Assembly (NCBI GenBank): GCA_963833985.1
Contig: CAWIAD010000002.1
Location: 6,016,001 to 6,080,000, forward strand
Reading direction: 5' to 3'
DNA: 64,000 bases
From: an uncultured Planctomycetaceae bacterium
GTDB lineage: Bacteria; Planctomycetota; Planctomycetia; Isosphaerales; Isosphaeraceae
Of the stretch, positions 9,779 through 20,578 are shown one piece after another (the stretch's first letter is position 1; every line of letters begins with the position of its first letter). Position numbers and translations under genes: made by a program. Below the pieces are notes generated by a model. It searched no databases. It was given only the letters and a program-made list of their open reading frames with translations, and was not told the DNA's origin.

Positions 9779-11692
9779 TCACCGGCCTTGTTGCTTGCCG
9801 AGCAGGTCGCCCACTTGCCGCTCCAGGGCATCGAGCCGCTGGAGGAGCCGGCCGTCGGCCCCGCGCTCTGTGCGTTTCGCCAGCTCATCGACGCGCCGCT
9901 CCAGTGCACTCAATCGTTCGGCCAGGTCAGGGCTGGCATGGTCCTGGGGCGGACTCGGACTCTGGCTCGGTCGCGCGTTCGGGGCGGTCACCGCCGTCCT
10001 GGGTGGAATGCCGACCGTCACGCGGACAAACATGCCGGGCTTGATGCGATGGTCCGCATTGGGGACCGAAGCGCGGATACGGGCCGTCTGCGTCCTCGGA
10101 TCAAAGACCGTTCCCACCGATTCAAGCCTGGCCTGGACAGACTGATTGCCGAAGGGAAAGTGGACGGTTACGGGGTCACCGATGGCGAGCTTATCGATTT
10201 GCTGCTCACTGACGTTCGCCGTGACCCAGAGCGGATCATCCTGCGCAATTGTCAGGAGCATGTCGTTCGCCGCGTAGTCGTTTCCAACAACTGCCGAGCG
10301 CTGGGTGACCAGGCCGTCCATAGGGGATGGAATGATCATCCTCGCCCGCCCGGGCCCACTCAGCCTGGGAATCTGACCGATCTCCTCCTCGTTGAGGCCC
10401 AGCAAGAGGAGCTTGTCCCTGGCAAACTTCAGTTGCAGCGCGGACCTGGCCACTGCGTCCTGAGCGTCCAGCAAGACCTTGCTCGGCACGACCCTGCTCT
10501 CAGCCATGGGTTCCATTCTCTGAAGCGACCTCTTGTCGTGGTCGAGCTGGGCCAGGGCGGATTCATATCCATTCTTGAGAGTCGCCAGCTCCATACTGAG
10601 GACTTCCAGCAAGGGATCGCCCGCCTTGACGCGCGCTCCAAGGTCCACGAAGACCCGGTCCACCCGGGACTCGAGACGCGGGCGAACCTGGAGAATCCTG
10701 TCCGGGTTGAGCTCCGTCGTGCCAGCAAGCTGGAGCTCCATCTCACCTGGATCTCCGGCGTTGGGACTGACTGCCTTGGGTGCGTCGCCGGCATGCCCAT
10801 CGCGCGCCGGCCGCTGTGCCAGGACCGCCGCACCCAGGCCCATGCCCAGAACAGCAAGCAGGGCCACGGCTGCGAGTTTGAACGTATGGAACCACATCGC
10901 TTTCAAGACTCCCTTTGTGACTTTGAGTACCGTGGGGGAAGCCGATCCAGCAGCCATTCCGGAGCGAGCGCTCACGCCGTTGCGGGATGTCATCGATAGC
11001 AGCTCATCGGATATCTTCACCGCGTCGAAGGGGATGCGGCCGCCCGGAAGTGCGACCGGCAGGGCGGACCACCCGCGCCGCTGGAGGCGCCGTCTGAGCT
11101 GCTCTCGCGCCCGGGTGAGTCGAGTCTTCACGGTTCCAACCGGCCAGCGCAGGAGCGTGGCGGCCTGCTCGTGGGTCAGCCCGTTGAAATAGCAATGGAT
11201 GATGGGCAAGCGGTATTTCCGCGGCAGCCGATCAATCTCCGCGTGCAGCTCCGTCCAGGATTCCAGAGAATCTGCCGGGCCGTCGGCCAGGTCGGCCAGG
11301 TCAGCCAGGCGGGCGCCGCATCGACCCTCGAGCCGGTGTCGCCGCGCTTCCTCCACGCGCATTCGCAGGGCCGCCCGGCGCGCCACTCCGAACAGCCAGA
11401 ATGCAACCGAGCCGCGCTTGCGGATGGACGACGCTCGCTGCGCCAGGACCAGGAAGGTGGCCTGGAACGCGTCCTCGGCCGCGTGGCGATCGGTCAGTGT
11501 CTGGCGGCAAACCCGGAGAACCATGGGACCATGGCGCTCCACGAGTGCGCGGAAGGCAGCTTCCGCCGCCGGGCTCCGACCGTCCAAAAAACGCTCCAGC
11601 AGTTCGCCGTCGCCGAGCTCGCCCACCACTCCGGCGGCGAAGAGGTCCTCGATCTCGCGCAGCAGCCCGCGGGATGTGGTTCCGCCCGTCAT
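9779..11692 (-). CDS. ECF sigma-70 factor fused via a TM helix to an RND efflux membrane-fusion (periplasmic adaptor) domain
   Basis: LVERHGPMVLRVC, AEDAFQATFLVL and GTVKTRLTRAR (sigma2/sigma4), then a hydrophobic helix, then VDLGARVKAGDPL, IPSPMDG and IKPGMFV. Confidence 0.9.
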   Translation of the reverse strand: MTGGTTSRGLLREIEDLFAAGVVGELGDGELLERFLDGRSPAAEAAFRALVERHGPMVLRVCRQTLTDRHAAEDAFQATFLVLAQRASSIRKRGSVAFWLFGVARRAALRMRVEEARRHRLEGRCGARLADLADLADGPADSLESWTELHAEIDRLPRKYRLPIIHCYFNGLTHEQAATLLRWPVGTVKTRLTRAREQLRRRLQRRGWSALPVALPGGRIPFDAVKISDELLSMTSRNGVSARSGMAAGSASPTVLKVTKGVLKAMWFHTFKLAAVALLAVLGMGLGAAVLAQRPARDGHAGDAPKAVSPNAGDPGEMELQLAGTTELNPDRILQVRPRLESRVDRVFVDLGARVKAGDPLLEVLSMELATLKNGYESALAQLDHDKRSLQRMEPMAESRVVPSKVLLDAQDAVARSALQLKFARDKLLLLGLNEEEIGQIPRLSGPGRARMIIPSPMDGLVTQRSAVVGNDYAANDMLLTIAQDDPLWVTANVSEQQIDKLAIGDPVTVHFPFGNQSVQARLESVGTVFDPRTQTARIRASVPNADHRIKPGMFVRVTVGIPPRTAVTAPNARPSQSPSPPQDHASPDLAERLSALERRVDELAKRTERGADGRLLQRLDALERQVGDLLGKQQGR

Positions 11693-11936
11693 GCCTCTGG
11701 CTCCTGGTTCCCGTCCATCATCACACTGTAGTGCCTGGTGATCATCTCCTGGATTCGGAACTCTGCGATTTCTCGAAGAAAAACCCCAGGCTTGCTGAGT
11801 TTCGCAGGTTTGCGACCCGCAATGACTGGACTCCTGTCCCAGGCTTCTCGACAATTATGGCTTGGAGGACGAGTCCGTTCCGTGGAACAAGGAGGTGCCA
11901 TGGTTTTGAGGGTATGCAGGAGCGGCGCAAGCGAGA

Positions 11937-14900
11937 ATGGTGCCCGACTTTTACGCTCGATTGGGAATTGATCCGGGGTCCGATCCGGTGGAGATCGAGG
12001 CCGCGCTCAAGAAGCAGCAGCCGGTCTGGTCCATGGGCACGCGCAACCCGAAGACGCGGCACACCAACCAGCTTTTTCTCGACGAGGTGCCCGCGCTGCG
12101 GCGTGCCCTGCTGGGCAGTCCGGAAGCCCGGGCGGCCTACGATGCCGACCTGGCCGCGGTGCAGATCGCGGAACGCGAGGAAAAGCTGAACGAGCTTCAG
12201 CGGCGCGTACGTCTCCGCGCGGCCAAAGGAGGGCTGACAGCCGCGGACCGGACCTTGCTGCTGACCGAAGCGGCCCGGCTCGGCCTCGATGGGGACGTTC
12301 TCGACCGCCTGACACGCCTGGTTCCGGTACTGAACAACCCTGTGAGCGCGCCGGATGGCAGCGACCCCGACGAAGATCCTCCCGCCGACGTCCTTGATCC
12401 GTCGACCCGGCGGCAGATCCGGGCAGCCCTCGAACATCTGGGCAGGCGCGATCTGTATGACGCGCTGGGGCTCTTTGGCGACGCACCGCCGTCGATCATC
12501 GCCGCCCGTGCCGACGAGGAGCGGCAGAGGTGGATGAAGAAAGCCCAGGTCACCGCCGAGAAGACGGCGTGGCTGGAAGTCATCGCGCACGCGCAGTCCC
12601 ACCTGGCAACGCCCAGGGCCAGGGCACGGTATGATCGCACGCTCCTGCTCGAGGCCGAGGAGAGGTTTCACGAGGTCGCCGCGTTCGCGCTCCAGGGGGC
12701 GAGCCACCTGGACCCCGGCACGCGCGTTGCCCTGGTCGACGAGGCCGCCGGGCTGGGGATTCCGTCCCGGCGCAGCGAACTGCTCATCGCCCGGGCCTGC
12801 CGCAAGCTGGGAGTCCGGCTCGATAATGGATCGGTGACGCCTCAGGCTGCCACGGCCGGAGCGAACCCGCTGGCGGCTGGCGGAAAGTACGATTTGCTCC
12901 GCTGCCGCAACTGTGCGGGGGTGACCGAGATCAGCCCGGTAGCGCGGAAGACCAGCCCGGCCCGGTGCCGCCACTGCGGTGCATCGCTCAAGTGGGAATG
13001 TCCGGTCTGCAAACGCGCGCCACTGGATCGACGTGCCGAAGTGCCAGTGCGGGTTCCCCCTGGCCCTGCGTGAACCCCTGGTGCGCCACTTCACGGCCGC
13101 GCTGCATGCCTTTCGCATCAGAGACCTGCCCGGTGCCCGAGCCCACCTGGAACAGGTGCAGCGCTTGCGCCGCACCACGTGGCGCGCGCAACGGGATGAT
13201 GAAGATTCAGCAGTACGCCGCTGATGTCGAATATGCCCGGATGTCCTGGGAACTCGCATTTGCCGGCAAGAAGCTGGTGGCGGCGAAGCGGGCGGTCGAG
13301 GCCTGGGGAAAACTCGTCGATCCGTCCTCTCCCGAGGTCGAGGCAGCCTGGAAGGAGGTCACCTCGGGCCTGCGCCAGGCCGTGGAGCTTGCTGCGCCGT
13401 GCGCAAGCTGGAGCGTGCCGATCCACCGTCCGCGAGAAGCCTGTACCGCAGATGCCTGGAAATCGCGGCCGACCTGCCGGCCGCCCTGGACGGACTGGAT
13501 CGCTGCCCGCCCGAGCCGCCGAAGGACCTGCAAGCCCACCTGCTGAGCGACCGGATCCGGCTGTGCTGGACGCCTCCGCAGCCAGACGGCCTGGGACCGC
13601 TCACGTTCTTCGTGTTGCGCAAGCGGGGCGGGCTGCCAGAGCATCCCGGCGACGGAACCAGAATCGCCGAGGTCTCCACATGCGAGTTTGAAGACCGGCA
13701 CGTGAGAGCCGGCGAGACGGTGAGCTATGCGGTCCGCGCCCGGCGCGGACAGGCCGAGTCACTTTCGGCAGTCGCGGCCGGCCCCTTGGTTTTCCTGCCC
13801 GACGTGCAGGATGTGCGGGCTCAAGGCCGGAGCGGGGAGATCGAGCTATCGTGGATCCCGCCGCATGGTGTCTTCGAGATCCGGGTGGTCCGCAAGGCGG
13901 GTTCCCCGCCCGCAGGGCCGCGCGACGGTCAGCCGGTGCCCGCGGCGCTCGATCAGGCGATCGACGCCGGTTTGCTGGAAGGCCAGGTCTATCATTACGC
14001 GATCTACGCCATCTACCGGATGGCGAACTCGAAGCGCTATCCTTCCCAGGGCGTGCATGTCGCCGCGTATGCCCGCGCCCGGCCGCGCCCCTGGCCGCGC
14101 CTCGGCTCGAGCTCACTGCCCTGGGGCACGCGCGGATGGACTGGGAAGCGCCTCCGCGAGGAGTGGTCCGGATCCTGCGGAGCTCCCGGCCCCTACCCGT
14201 CGCGCCCGGCTCATCGCTGACGGCTGGCGAGGCCGACCAGCTCGAAGGCGACTGGATCGCCACGACAGGCCCGGACCGAGCCGAGGACGCCGACCCTCCG
14301 TCCGCGGGACTCTGCTACTACACGCCGCTGGTCATGGCCGGCGACACGCTCACCGTCGGGCACACGGCTGTCCTCTCTCGCGTCGCTGACCCCACCGAAT
14401 TGCGGGCCGCCAGAACCGGAGGCCCGGGCGACGGGGCCCTGGCGGCCAGCCGCGTCCTGCTGCGCTGGCGCTGGGCGCCGGACGCCAGCGCGACGAGGCT
14501 CATCGCCCGCCAGGGCTCATCAGTGAACGGCCACGCCGACACCGATTCCATCGTGATCAACGTCACCCGCACGGACTACGAGCGGCAGGGCTCCTGGACC
14601 ATCGACCTTCCCCTCGGCCGAGCCGCGACCGATGGCGGGCCACGCACCGAGCCCGCGGCCGGCGGTCCACCGCAGCCCAGGCTCGAGCAAGCCGTTCCCG
14701 AGCAGGAGCTGGCCGCACAGTCCAGCCAGTGGTACATCAGCGCCTACAGCGTGGCTGAACTGGATGGAGGCGATATCGTCTCACCGGGACTGGAGCCCAC
14801 ATCAAAAACCTCTGTCCCCGGGCCTCATCCCCAGGTCACCGTGACGTACTCCCTGAAGCCGCCGTGGTTGCCCAGAGGTCCCTGGACCCTGACGCTCAGG

Positions 14901-15150
14901 ACCGAGCCGAAAGGATCGGCCATTCCGCAAATGGTGCTCGTCGCCAACCAGCGTGCCGTGCCGCTCTCCGCCGAGGACGGCGAGATCGTGGCGCGGCTGC
15001 CCGCCGGCCATGATGGGACCACGCATCGCATTCGCACGTCTCTGAATCTTGCGCAGTCCTGTTCGTGTGTTCCTTGATCCGACGATCGATCCCGGATCTC
15101 TGCCTCCCATCCGAGTGCACCATCCCGAAGCGGGGCTGGCGCGGGTATGA
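11937..15150 (+). CDS. Multidomain protein (two J-domain-like helical units, Cys zinc ribbons, TPR-like region, fibronectin type III repeats) broken by at least 5 frameshifts
   Basis: Coding-biased pieces hand over between frames near 13020, 13170, 13395, 14075 and 15060. Motifs: DFYARLGI, DLYDALGL, CRNC/CRHC/CPVC/CQCG, IRLCWTPP, IELSWIPP, VLLRWRW. Confidence 0.65.
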
Positions 15151-15450
15151 TCGGAACAGCGGCACAGGAGCTGGAAGAAATCTTCCAGCTCGCGTGGCCG
15201 GCCGGCTTCTCGTCGACCCGACAGGGCGGAGAGCCGAGAAATTGCGCAAATTCTTAAAGGGAAAATACTTACCACTCAACCTTTGGATCAGGAGCCCGAT
15301 TTATTTCGCCACCGGGGAGGTTCTGGTAGGATGGCACTTTTGCGGACGCCCTCTTTCGGATCTCGCGGTTCCACAGCGTTTCGGGGCGGTCGGTGATCAT
15401 TCTGATTCGCTGGCTGGACCGCGCGGGAAGAGGTACTCGGGGTACGACGG

Positions 15451-16194
15451 ATGAACCACTACAACCAGGACGCGGACGACTTCTACGTGAACATCCACCT
15501 CAACACCGAGATGGAACTGCCCACGAACCGCGACACGGTTTTGCACTTTTTCGAGCAGATCAAGAAGGGCTTTCCGGATCTCCGCAATTTCCACACGCGG
15601 GAGAACGGAGATCTGGTCCTGGAGGGGGACAAGGAGTCGGAATCGTACCGCTGGGTCTCCATCGAGCAACGCCGGCTCTGCTCCGGGCATACCAACCCTG
15701 CCTCGATGGAGGACGCTTACCGGCAGCACGAGCTTGTCCTGGACATGGCTCCTCCGCTGCTCACGATCAGTCTGCTCGACTGCGAGGCCCTGGATGTCAT
15801 GTACGGGTTCGACTTCACCTTCGAGGGGAACCACGACGAGGTGGTGACCGAGGCCCTGGGAGTTGGCAGCGCCCTGGAGGGCCTGCTCGAGATACCCAGA
15901 GCGCGCGTGATCAACTTCGAGCCTTCGCTCACGCTGGGGCTGGACGATTCATGCCAGCTTCAGTGCCGCCTGGCGATCGAGACGCGGACCAACACGTTCC
16001 AGGTTCGTACCAACGAGTATGCGGACGACCAGATCAGCGTCTACTTCACGGTCCGCCAGTACTGGGGGAGCGGCCCCGAGCAGTCGTTCCTGGAATCCTT
16101 TCAGCGGCAGCGCGAGGTCGGCGAGGAAGTTCTCCGCCGCTCCGTGATCCCGCGCATCGTCCGGCCGCTGGCCCAGGTGATCGCGTCGCGCTGA
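15451..16194 (+). CDS. Conserved hypothetical protein
   Basis: 247-aa ORF with strong codon bias; first gene of an apparent three-gene operon. Confidence 0.8.
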   Translation: MNHYNQDADDFYVNIHLNTEMELPTNRDTVLHFFEQIKKGFPDLRNFHTRENGDLVLEGDKESESYRWVSIEQRRLCSGHTNPASMEDAYRQHELVLDMAPPLLTISLLDCEALDVMYGFDFTFEGNHDEVVTEALGVGSALEGLLEIPRARVINFEPSLTLGLDDSCQLQCRLAIETRTNTFQVRTNEYADDQISVYFTVRQYWGSGPEQSFLESFQRQREVGEEVLRRSVIPRIVRPLAQVIASR

Positions 16195-16225
16195 CTGACT
16201 GACGCAGCGCGGAGGGACGTCGTCC

Positions 16226-17512
16226 ATGCCCCGATTGAGTGTCCTGAGCCGCAACCTGTCCGCGGAGACCGCCTTCACCGTGCTGGCACTGGCGCGCGCA
16301 CTGAAGGCGCAGGGCAAAGACGTGGTGGAGCTGGAGATCGGCGACAGCCCGTTCCCCAGCACCCCCCATGCCAAGGCCGCGGGCATCCGGGCGATCGAGG
16401 AAAACCAGACGGGCTACTGCCCGAGCCTGGGATTGCCCACTCTCCGCGAGGCGGCTGCCGCATTCGTCACCGCGGAGTTTGGCTACTCAGCCTCGGCCGA
16501 GAATATCGTGGTGGCCTCCGGAGCCAAGCCCTTCGAGCAGTACTTCGCCGAGGCCTTGCTCGACCCTGGCGACGGCGTGCTCGTCTTCAGCCCGCAGTTC
16601 CCCACCTACATTCCCAACCTCGAGCGCCGGCAGGCGCGCGTGGTGCTGGCGCCGTTGCGGGTGGAGCACGCGTTCCGGCCGCGTGCCGAGGACGTCCAGC
16701 GTTTCCTGGCCACCGACCCGCGGCCGACGGCCATCTTCCTCAACTCGCCCCACAACCCCACCGGCGGAGTGGCCACGCGGGAAGACCTGGCGGCCATCGC
16801 GGACCTGGTGCGGGGCACCGACGTGATGGTCTTCTCGGACGAGCCCTATTGCCACATGGTCTGGTCAGGCCGGCATGTGTCGATCCTCTCGGAACCGGGC
16901 ATGCTGGAGCATACCGTCGCTGCGTACACCTTCAGCAAGTCCTACAGTATGAGCGGCTGGCGGATCGGCTTCGCCGTGGCTCATCCAGAATTGGTCGACG
17001 CGATTGGCAAGCTGATCAACACCACCGCGTCCTGCACCCCGCCGCTGGCGCAGTGGGCGGCCCAGGCCGCCCTGGAGTGCGACGCACCAACCCGGGACGA
17101 TTACATGGCCAGGTTCCGCCGCAAGGTGGACCGGCTCTGCACCGGCCTCAGCGGTATCACCGGCATCCGCGTCAATCCGCCCGCCGGAACCTTCTACGTG
17201 TTTCCCGATGTGCGGCCAATCTGCAACCGGCTGGGCATCAGCTCGCACGGGCTGGCGCTCTATCTCCTGGAAGGGGCCGATGATTGCTTCGGTGTGGCCT
17301 GCCTGGGCGGCGAGTGCTTCGGCGAGGCGGGACGCGGGTTCCTTCGCTTCAGTTGTGCAGAACCCGACGAGCGCATCGATCAGGCCATCGATTTCCTGGC
17401 CCAGGCGCTTCAGCGAACCCAGCGCGTCGAGGCTTTCCTGAAGGCGAACCCTCAGTTTGTGCTGTCGGCCGCGTACGCCGACTCTTCCGTTTCGTCACAC
17501 GTCGTGTCATGA
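16226..17512 (+). CDS. Class I/II PLP-dependent aminotransferase (aspartate aminotransferase-like)
   Basis: LNSPHNPTG, FSDEPY and TFSKSYSMSGWRIG (PLP lysine). Confidence 0.93.
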   Translation: MPRLSVLSRNLSAETAFTVLALARALKAQGKDVVELEIGDSPFPSTPHAKAAGIRAIEENQTGYCPSLGLPTLREAAAAFVTAEFGYSASAENIVVASGAKPFEQYFAEALLDPGDGVLVFSPQFPTYIPNLERRQARVVLAPLRVEHAFRPRAEDVQRFLATDPRPTAIFLNSPHNPTGGVATREDLAAIADLVRGTDVMVFSDEPYCHMVWSGRHVSILSEPGMLEHTVAAYTFSKSYSMSGWRIGFAVAHPELVDAIGKLINTTASCTPPLAQWAAQAALECDAPTRDDYMARFRRKVDRLCTGLSGITGIRVNPPAGTFYVFPDVRPICNRLGISSHGLALYLLEGADDCFGVACLGGECFGEAGRGFLRFSCAEPDERIDQAIDFLAQALQRTQRVEAFLKANPQFVLSAAYADSSVSSHVVS

Positions 17513-18153
17513 CCAGAGGCGACGGTTCATTGCTCGAGGAGGATCGCTGGCGAACCGCGGTTCGCCACCTGCGCCGGGTTGATCCCAACCTGCGCGCGGT
17601 GATTCAGCGCATCGGCCCTTGCCGGCTCGTCCCGCGTCCCGACCGCTTCGGTACGCTGGTGAGCTCGATCGTGGCTCAGCAAATATCGTCGAAGGCGGCA
17701 GCCTCCATCAATGCCCGGCTGAGAACCCTCTCAGGAGAGCCTCCCCTGCCCGGCCGCCTGCTGGAGCTCGGCGAGCCATTGCTCCGTGGCGTGGGGCTCT
17801 CCGCCGGCAAGGCCCGGTACGTGCTGAACCTGGCGGAGGCCGTCGCCAGTGGCCGCGTTCCTGTGGACGCCTTTGACGACTCGTGGGACGACGCGGCGAT
17901 CATCGCCGCTCTCACCTCGATCAAGGGCATCGGCGTCTGGACCGCGGAGATGTTCCTCATCTTCGCACTCAACCGGCCCGACGTGCTGCCAGTCCACGAC
18001 CTGGGGGTCCGCTCCGCGCTGCGGAACTTTCACGGGCTCGCCGAATTGCCGAAACCGGCGGAGTGCCACGCCCTGGGCCAGATCTGGAAACCTTATCGCA
18101 CGGTCGCGAGCTGGTATATCTGGCGCAATGTGGATAATCCGCCGGTCCGCTAG
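17509..18153 (+). CDS. DNA-3-methyladenine glycosylase II (AlkA/HhH-GPD family)
   Basis: IVAQQISSKAA, LTSIKGIGVWTAEM, DVLPVHDLG and WKPYRTVASWY; ATGA overlap with the upstream stop. Confidence 0.9.
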   Translation: MTRGDGSLLEEDRWRTAVRHLRRVDPNLRAVIQRIGPCRLVPRPDRFGTLVSSIVAQQISSKAAASINARLRTLSGEPPLPGRLLELGEPLLRGVGLSAGKARYVLNLAEAVASGRVPVDAFDDSWDDAAIIAALTSIKGIGVWTAEMFLIFALNRPDVLPVHDLGVRSALRNFHGLAELPKPAECHALGQIWKPYRTVASWYIWRNVDNPPVR

Positions 18154-18168
18154 GTTTGTCGCGGTCAC

Positions 18169-18495
18169 TCACCGCCAGCCGCGACGACGGTAGTAACCCG
18201 GTCCGTAATAGCGCGGGCCGTATCCCCAGCCCCCGCGATAGAGCGGCGCACCGTATCCGTAGCCATAAATGGGCCGGGGCACGACCATCGGGTAAGGTGC
18301 CACGTAAGGAACCACCGGGGCCGCCATGACTGGTGCCCCGACGATCGGAGTTCCGAAGTTGACGACACCGCCAAACCCCGGCGTGCCGAAGCCGACGTAT
18401 CCCCCGCCGCCGACGATCTGCGCGTGGGCGCGTGGGGCAGCCAGACCGAGGACCGTCGCCACCGCGAGCAGCAGAACGATTCGCCTCATGCTCAT
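18169..18495 (-). CDS. Small secreted Gly/Tyr/Pro-rich protein
   Basis: Signal peptide ending AHA, then low-complexity GY/PY-rich sequence and a basic tail. Confidence 0.7.
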   Translation of the reverse strand: MSMRRIVLLLAVATVLGLAAPRAHAQIVGGGGYVGFGTPGFGGVVNFGTPIVGAPVMAAPVVPYVAPYPMVVPRPIYGYGYGAPLYRGGWGYGPRYYGPGYYRRRGWR

Positions 18496-18611
18496 CTTGA
18501 TCTCTCCATCCATCCGGGTTCAAACTCACCTCGTCCGTCGGCCGCCCCTTGCAGGGTGCATCAGTCAAGAGCCAGCCGGAGTTACTCCGTTCATACGAAC
18601 GCGTAGCGCCC

Positions 18612-19778
18612 TCAGTTCAAGATTTCGAGTTTCGGCAACTTCGGCGTCTTGAGATTCTGGACGCTGATCTGGGCAGCGAGCTGCTCGACGACCGCCAGCA
18701 GATAGGGCCGGGTGGGGGAACCCGGAAGGAGTGCCTGTTCCATCTTGCCCTCGTCTCCCGATTCGCGGAGATGGAGGTTCAGCGGCACTTCACCCAGGAA
18801 CGGCACGCCCATTTCCCCGGCCCTGCGGCGCACGCCGCCGCGCCCGAACACATACACCCGCTCGTCGCCGGGAGCATCGAAGAAGCTCTTGCCGTTCATC
18901 AGCTTGCGCGCCTCGGGACCGCCCCGATCCTGGAGGTACGCAAGCACGTCGAAGAAGGCCATGTTCTCCACCATGCCAAGGATCGGCACACGCAACTGGC
19001 GAAACATCGTGATCGCCCGCGTGGCGTCCAGCAAGGCCACCTCCTGCGGAGTGCAGACCACGACCGCCCCGGTCAAGGGAAGCGTCTGGGCCAGGGTCAA
19101 GGGAACATCGCCGGTTCCCGGAGGCAGGTCGATAACCAGGTAATCGAGTGGTCCCCAGTCCACCTGCCGGAGGAACTGCTGCATGATCCCGTGCAGCATG
19201 GGCCCGCGCATGATGACGGCCTTGTCGGGCTCGAGCAGGAAGCCCATCGACATGAGCCGCAGCCCGTTGGTCTCGATCGGCTGGATTCGCTCGCCGCGGG
19301 CCATGGGCCGCCCGGTCGCTCCCACCAGGTGGGGAATCGACGGCCCGTAGACGTCGGCGTCCATCAGTCCCACCGAGGCGCCATAGGAGCGCAGGCCGTA
19401 AGCAATGGCGGCCGCCATCGTCGATTTCCCCACGCCGCCCTTTCCGGAGCCGACGGCGATCACATTCTTGATGCCGGGAATGTCTCCGGTTTCCGTGATA
19501 CCCTTGCCGCGGACCTCCGCCCCCATCGTGATGTTCACTTTCCACTGGCCGGGCAGGCGGCTCTCCAGCGCGGTGCGGACATCGCGCTCGATCTGCGCCT
19601 TGAGCGGGCAGGCCGGCGTGGTCAGGTTCACCATCAGCGACACGGTTCCATCGCTGATGCGGATATCCTTGATCATGCCGAGGTCCACGAGATCGCGACC
19701 CAGGTCAGGATCCTTGACTCCCTTGAGCGCCTCGAGGACGTCCCGTTCCGCAAGTGTGGGATTGGTCATGCCGAACAT
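18612..19778 (-). CDS. mrp: Mrp/NBP35 (ApbC) family ATPase with N-terminal DUF59-like domain
   Basis: LTTPACPL, SGKGGVGKST, DADVYGPS, DLPPGTGD and GMVENM. Confidence 0.9.
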   Translation of the reverse strand: MFGMTNPTLAERDVLEALKGVKDPDLGRDLVDLGMIKDIRISDGTVSLMVNLTTPACPLKAQIERDVRTALESRLPGQWKVNITMGAEVRGKGITETGDIPGIKNVIAVGSGKGGVGKSTMAAAIAYGLRSYGASVGLMDADVYGPSIPHLVGATGRPMARGERIQPIETNGLRLMSMGFLLEPDKAVIMRGPMLHGIMQQFLRQVDWGPLDYLVIDLPPGTGDVPLTLAQTLPLTGAVVVCTPQEVALLDATRAITMFRQLRVPILGMVENMAFFDVLAYLQDRGGPEARKLMNGKSFFDAPGDERVYVFGRGGVRRRAGEMGVPFLGEVPLNLHLRESGDEGKMEQALLPGSPTRPYLLAVVEQLAAQISVQNLKTPKLPKLEILN

Positions 19779-19951
19779 GAAGCGTGCTTCCTCCGCGCGA
19801 GTTGCCGCGCTTTCCCGGCGACGGAACCTTCTGTGAACGCGTTATTCTATGGCAGAACCGTGGAGACGACCAGCCGGGCTGGCGCCGGCATCAACCGCTC
19901 GAGCCGGGGCGAAGGTGAGGAGACCATCCCGTTGCGTGCACCGTCGCGCAT

Positions 19952-20431
19952 TCAAATCGGCTCCGTTTGACCCTGGCCGAGACCAAGCTGGAGCCACTCG
20001 TCCGGGGTCGCGGGGACATCAGAGACAAGTGGGCGCGTCCAGCCCACCCGGGTGATTTCAACCTCGGCGAGCGTGACCCAGCGGTCGATCAGACGAGCCA
20101 CCTGGGGAGGCGGTACGAAGCCAGAAATCACGTGCGTCGCCCCGAGCTCCAGTGCCAGCTCCGAGGCGCCTGCTTGCTGCTCCGGATCGAGCACGAGAAC
20201 CCTCGCCTCAGGGAAGAACCTGCCGATGAACTCCAGATCGGCCAGGCCTTCGTCGAGATTGCGTCTCAGGTCAAGAATGGCCAGCGGGCAGGCGAGACCG
20301 ATGAGCGCTCGCTCGAGGTCAGCCCGCGACCTGGTCTCGATCCAGTGCACCGGCCGGCCTTGCAATCGCGGCCGGAGCTGGGCGGACCAGGTGCCAAGAC
20401 GTTCATGAAGGATGACAGGCACACGCGACAC
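19952..20431 (-). CDS. Hypothetical protein, atypical receiver-like fold
   Basis: Alternating beta/alpha pattern with LAILD and ALELGATHVI. Confidence 0.55.
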   Translation of the reverse strand: MSRVPVILHERLGTWSAQLRPRLQGRPVHWIETRSRADLERALIGLACPLAILDLRRNLDEGLADLEFIGRFFPEARVLVLDPEQQAGASELALELGATHVISGFVPPPQVARLIDRWVTLAEVEITRVGWTRPLVSDVPATPDEWLQLGLGQGQTEPI

Positions 20432-20578
20432 CGGTCATTTCCTCACTTTCGCGGTGCAGATTCCTGCGGGAGACGTGCCGGCCCTCTGGGCCGTCGGTCC
20501 CGGGCAGAAACAGCCTATGGCTGCAAGCCCGAACTCCGCAAGCACAAGTCTGCGGTCGGACTCAGGCCGGGCTGGAGC

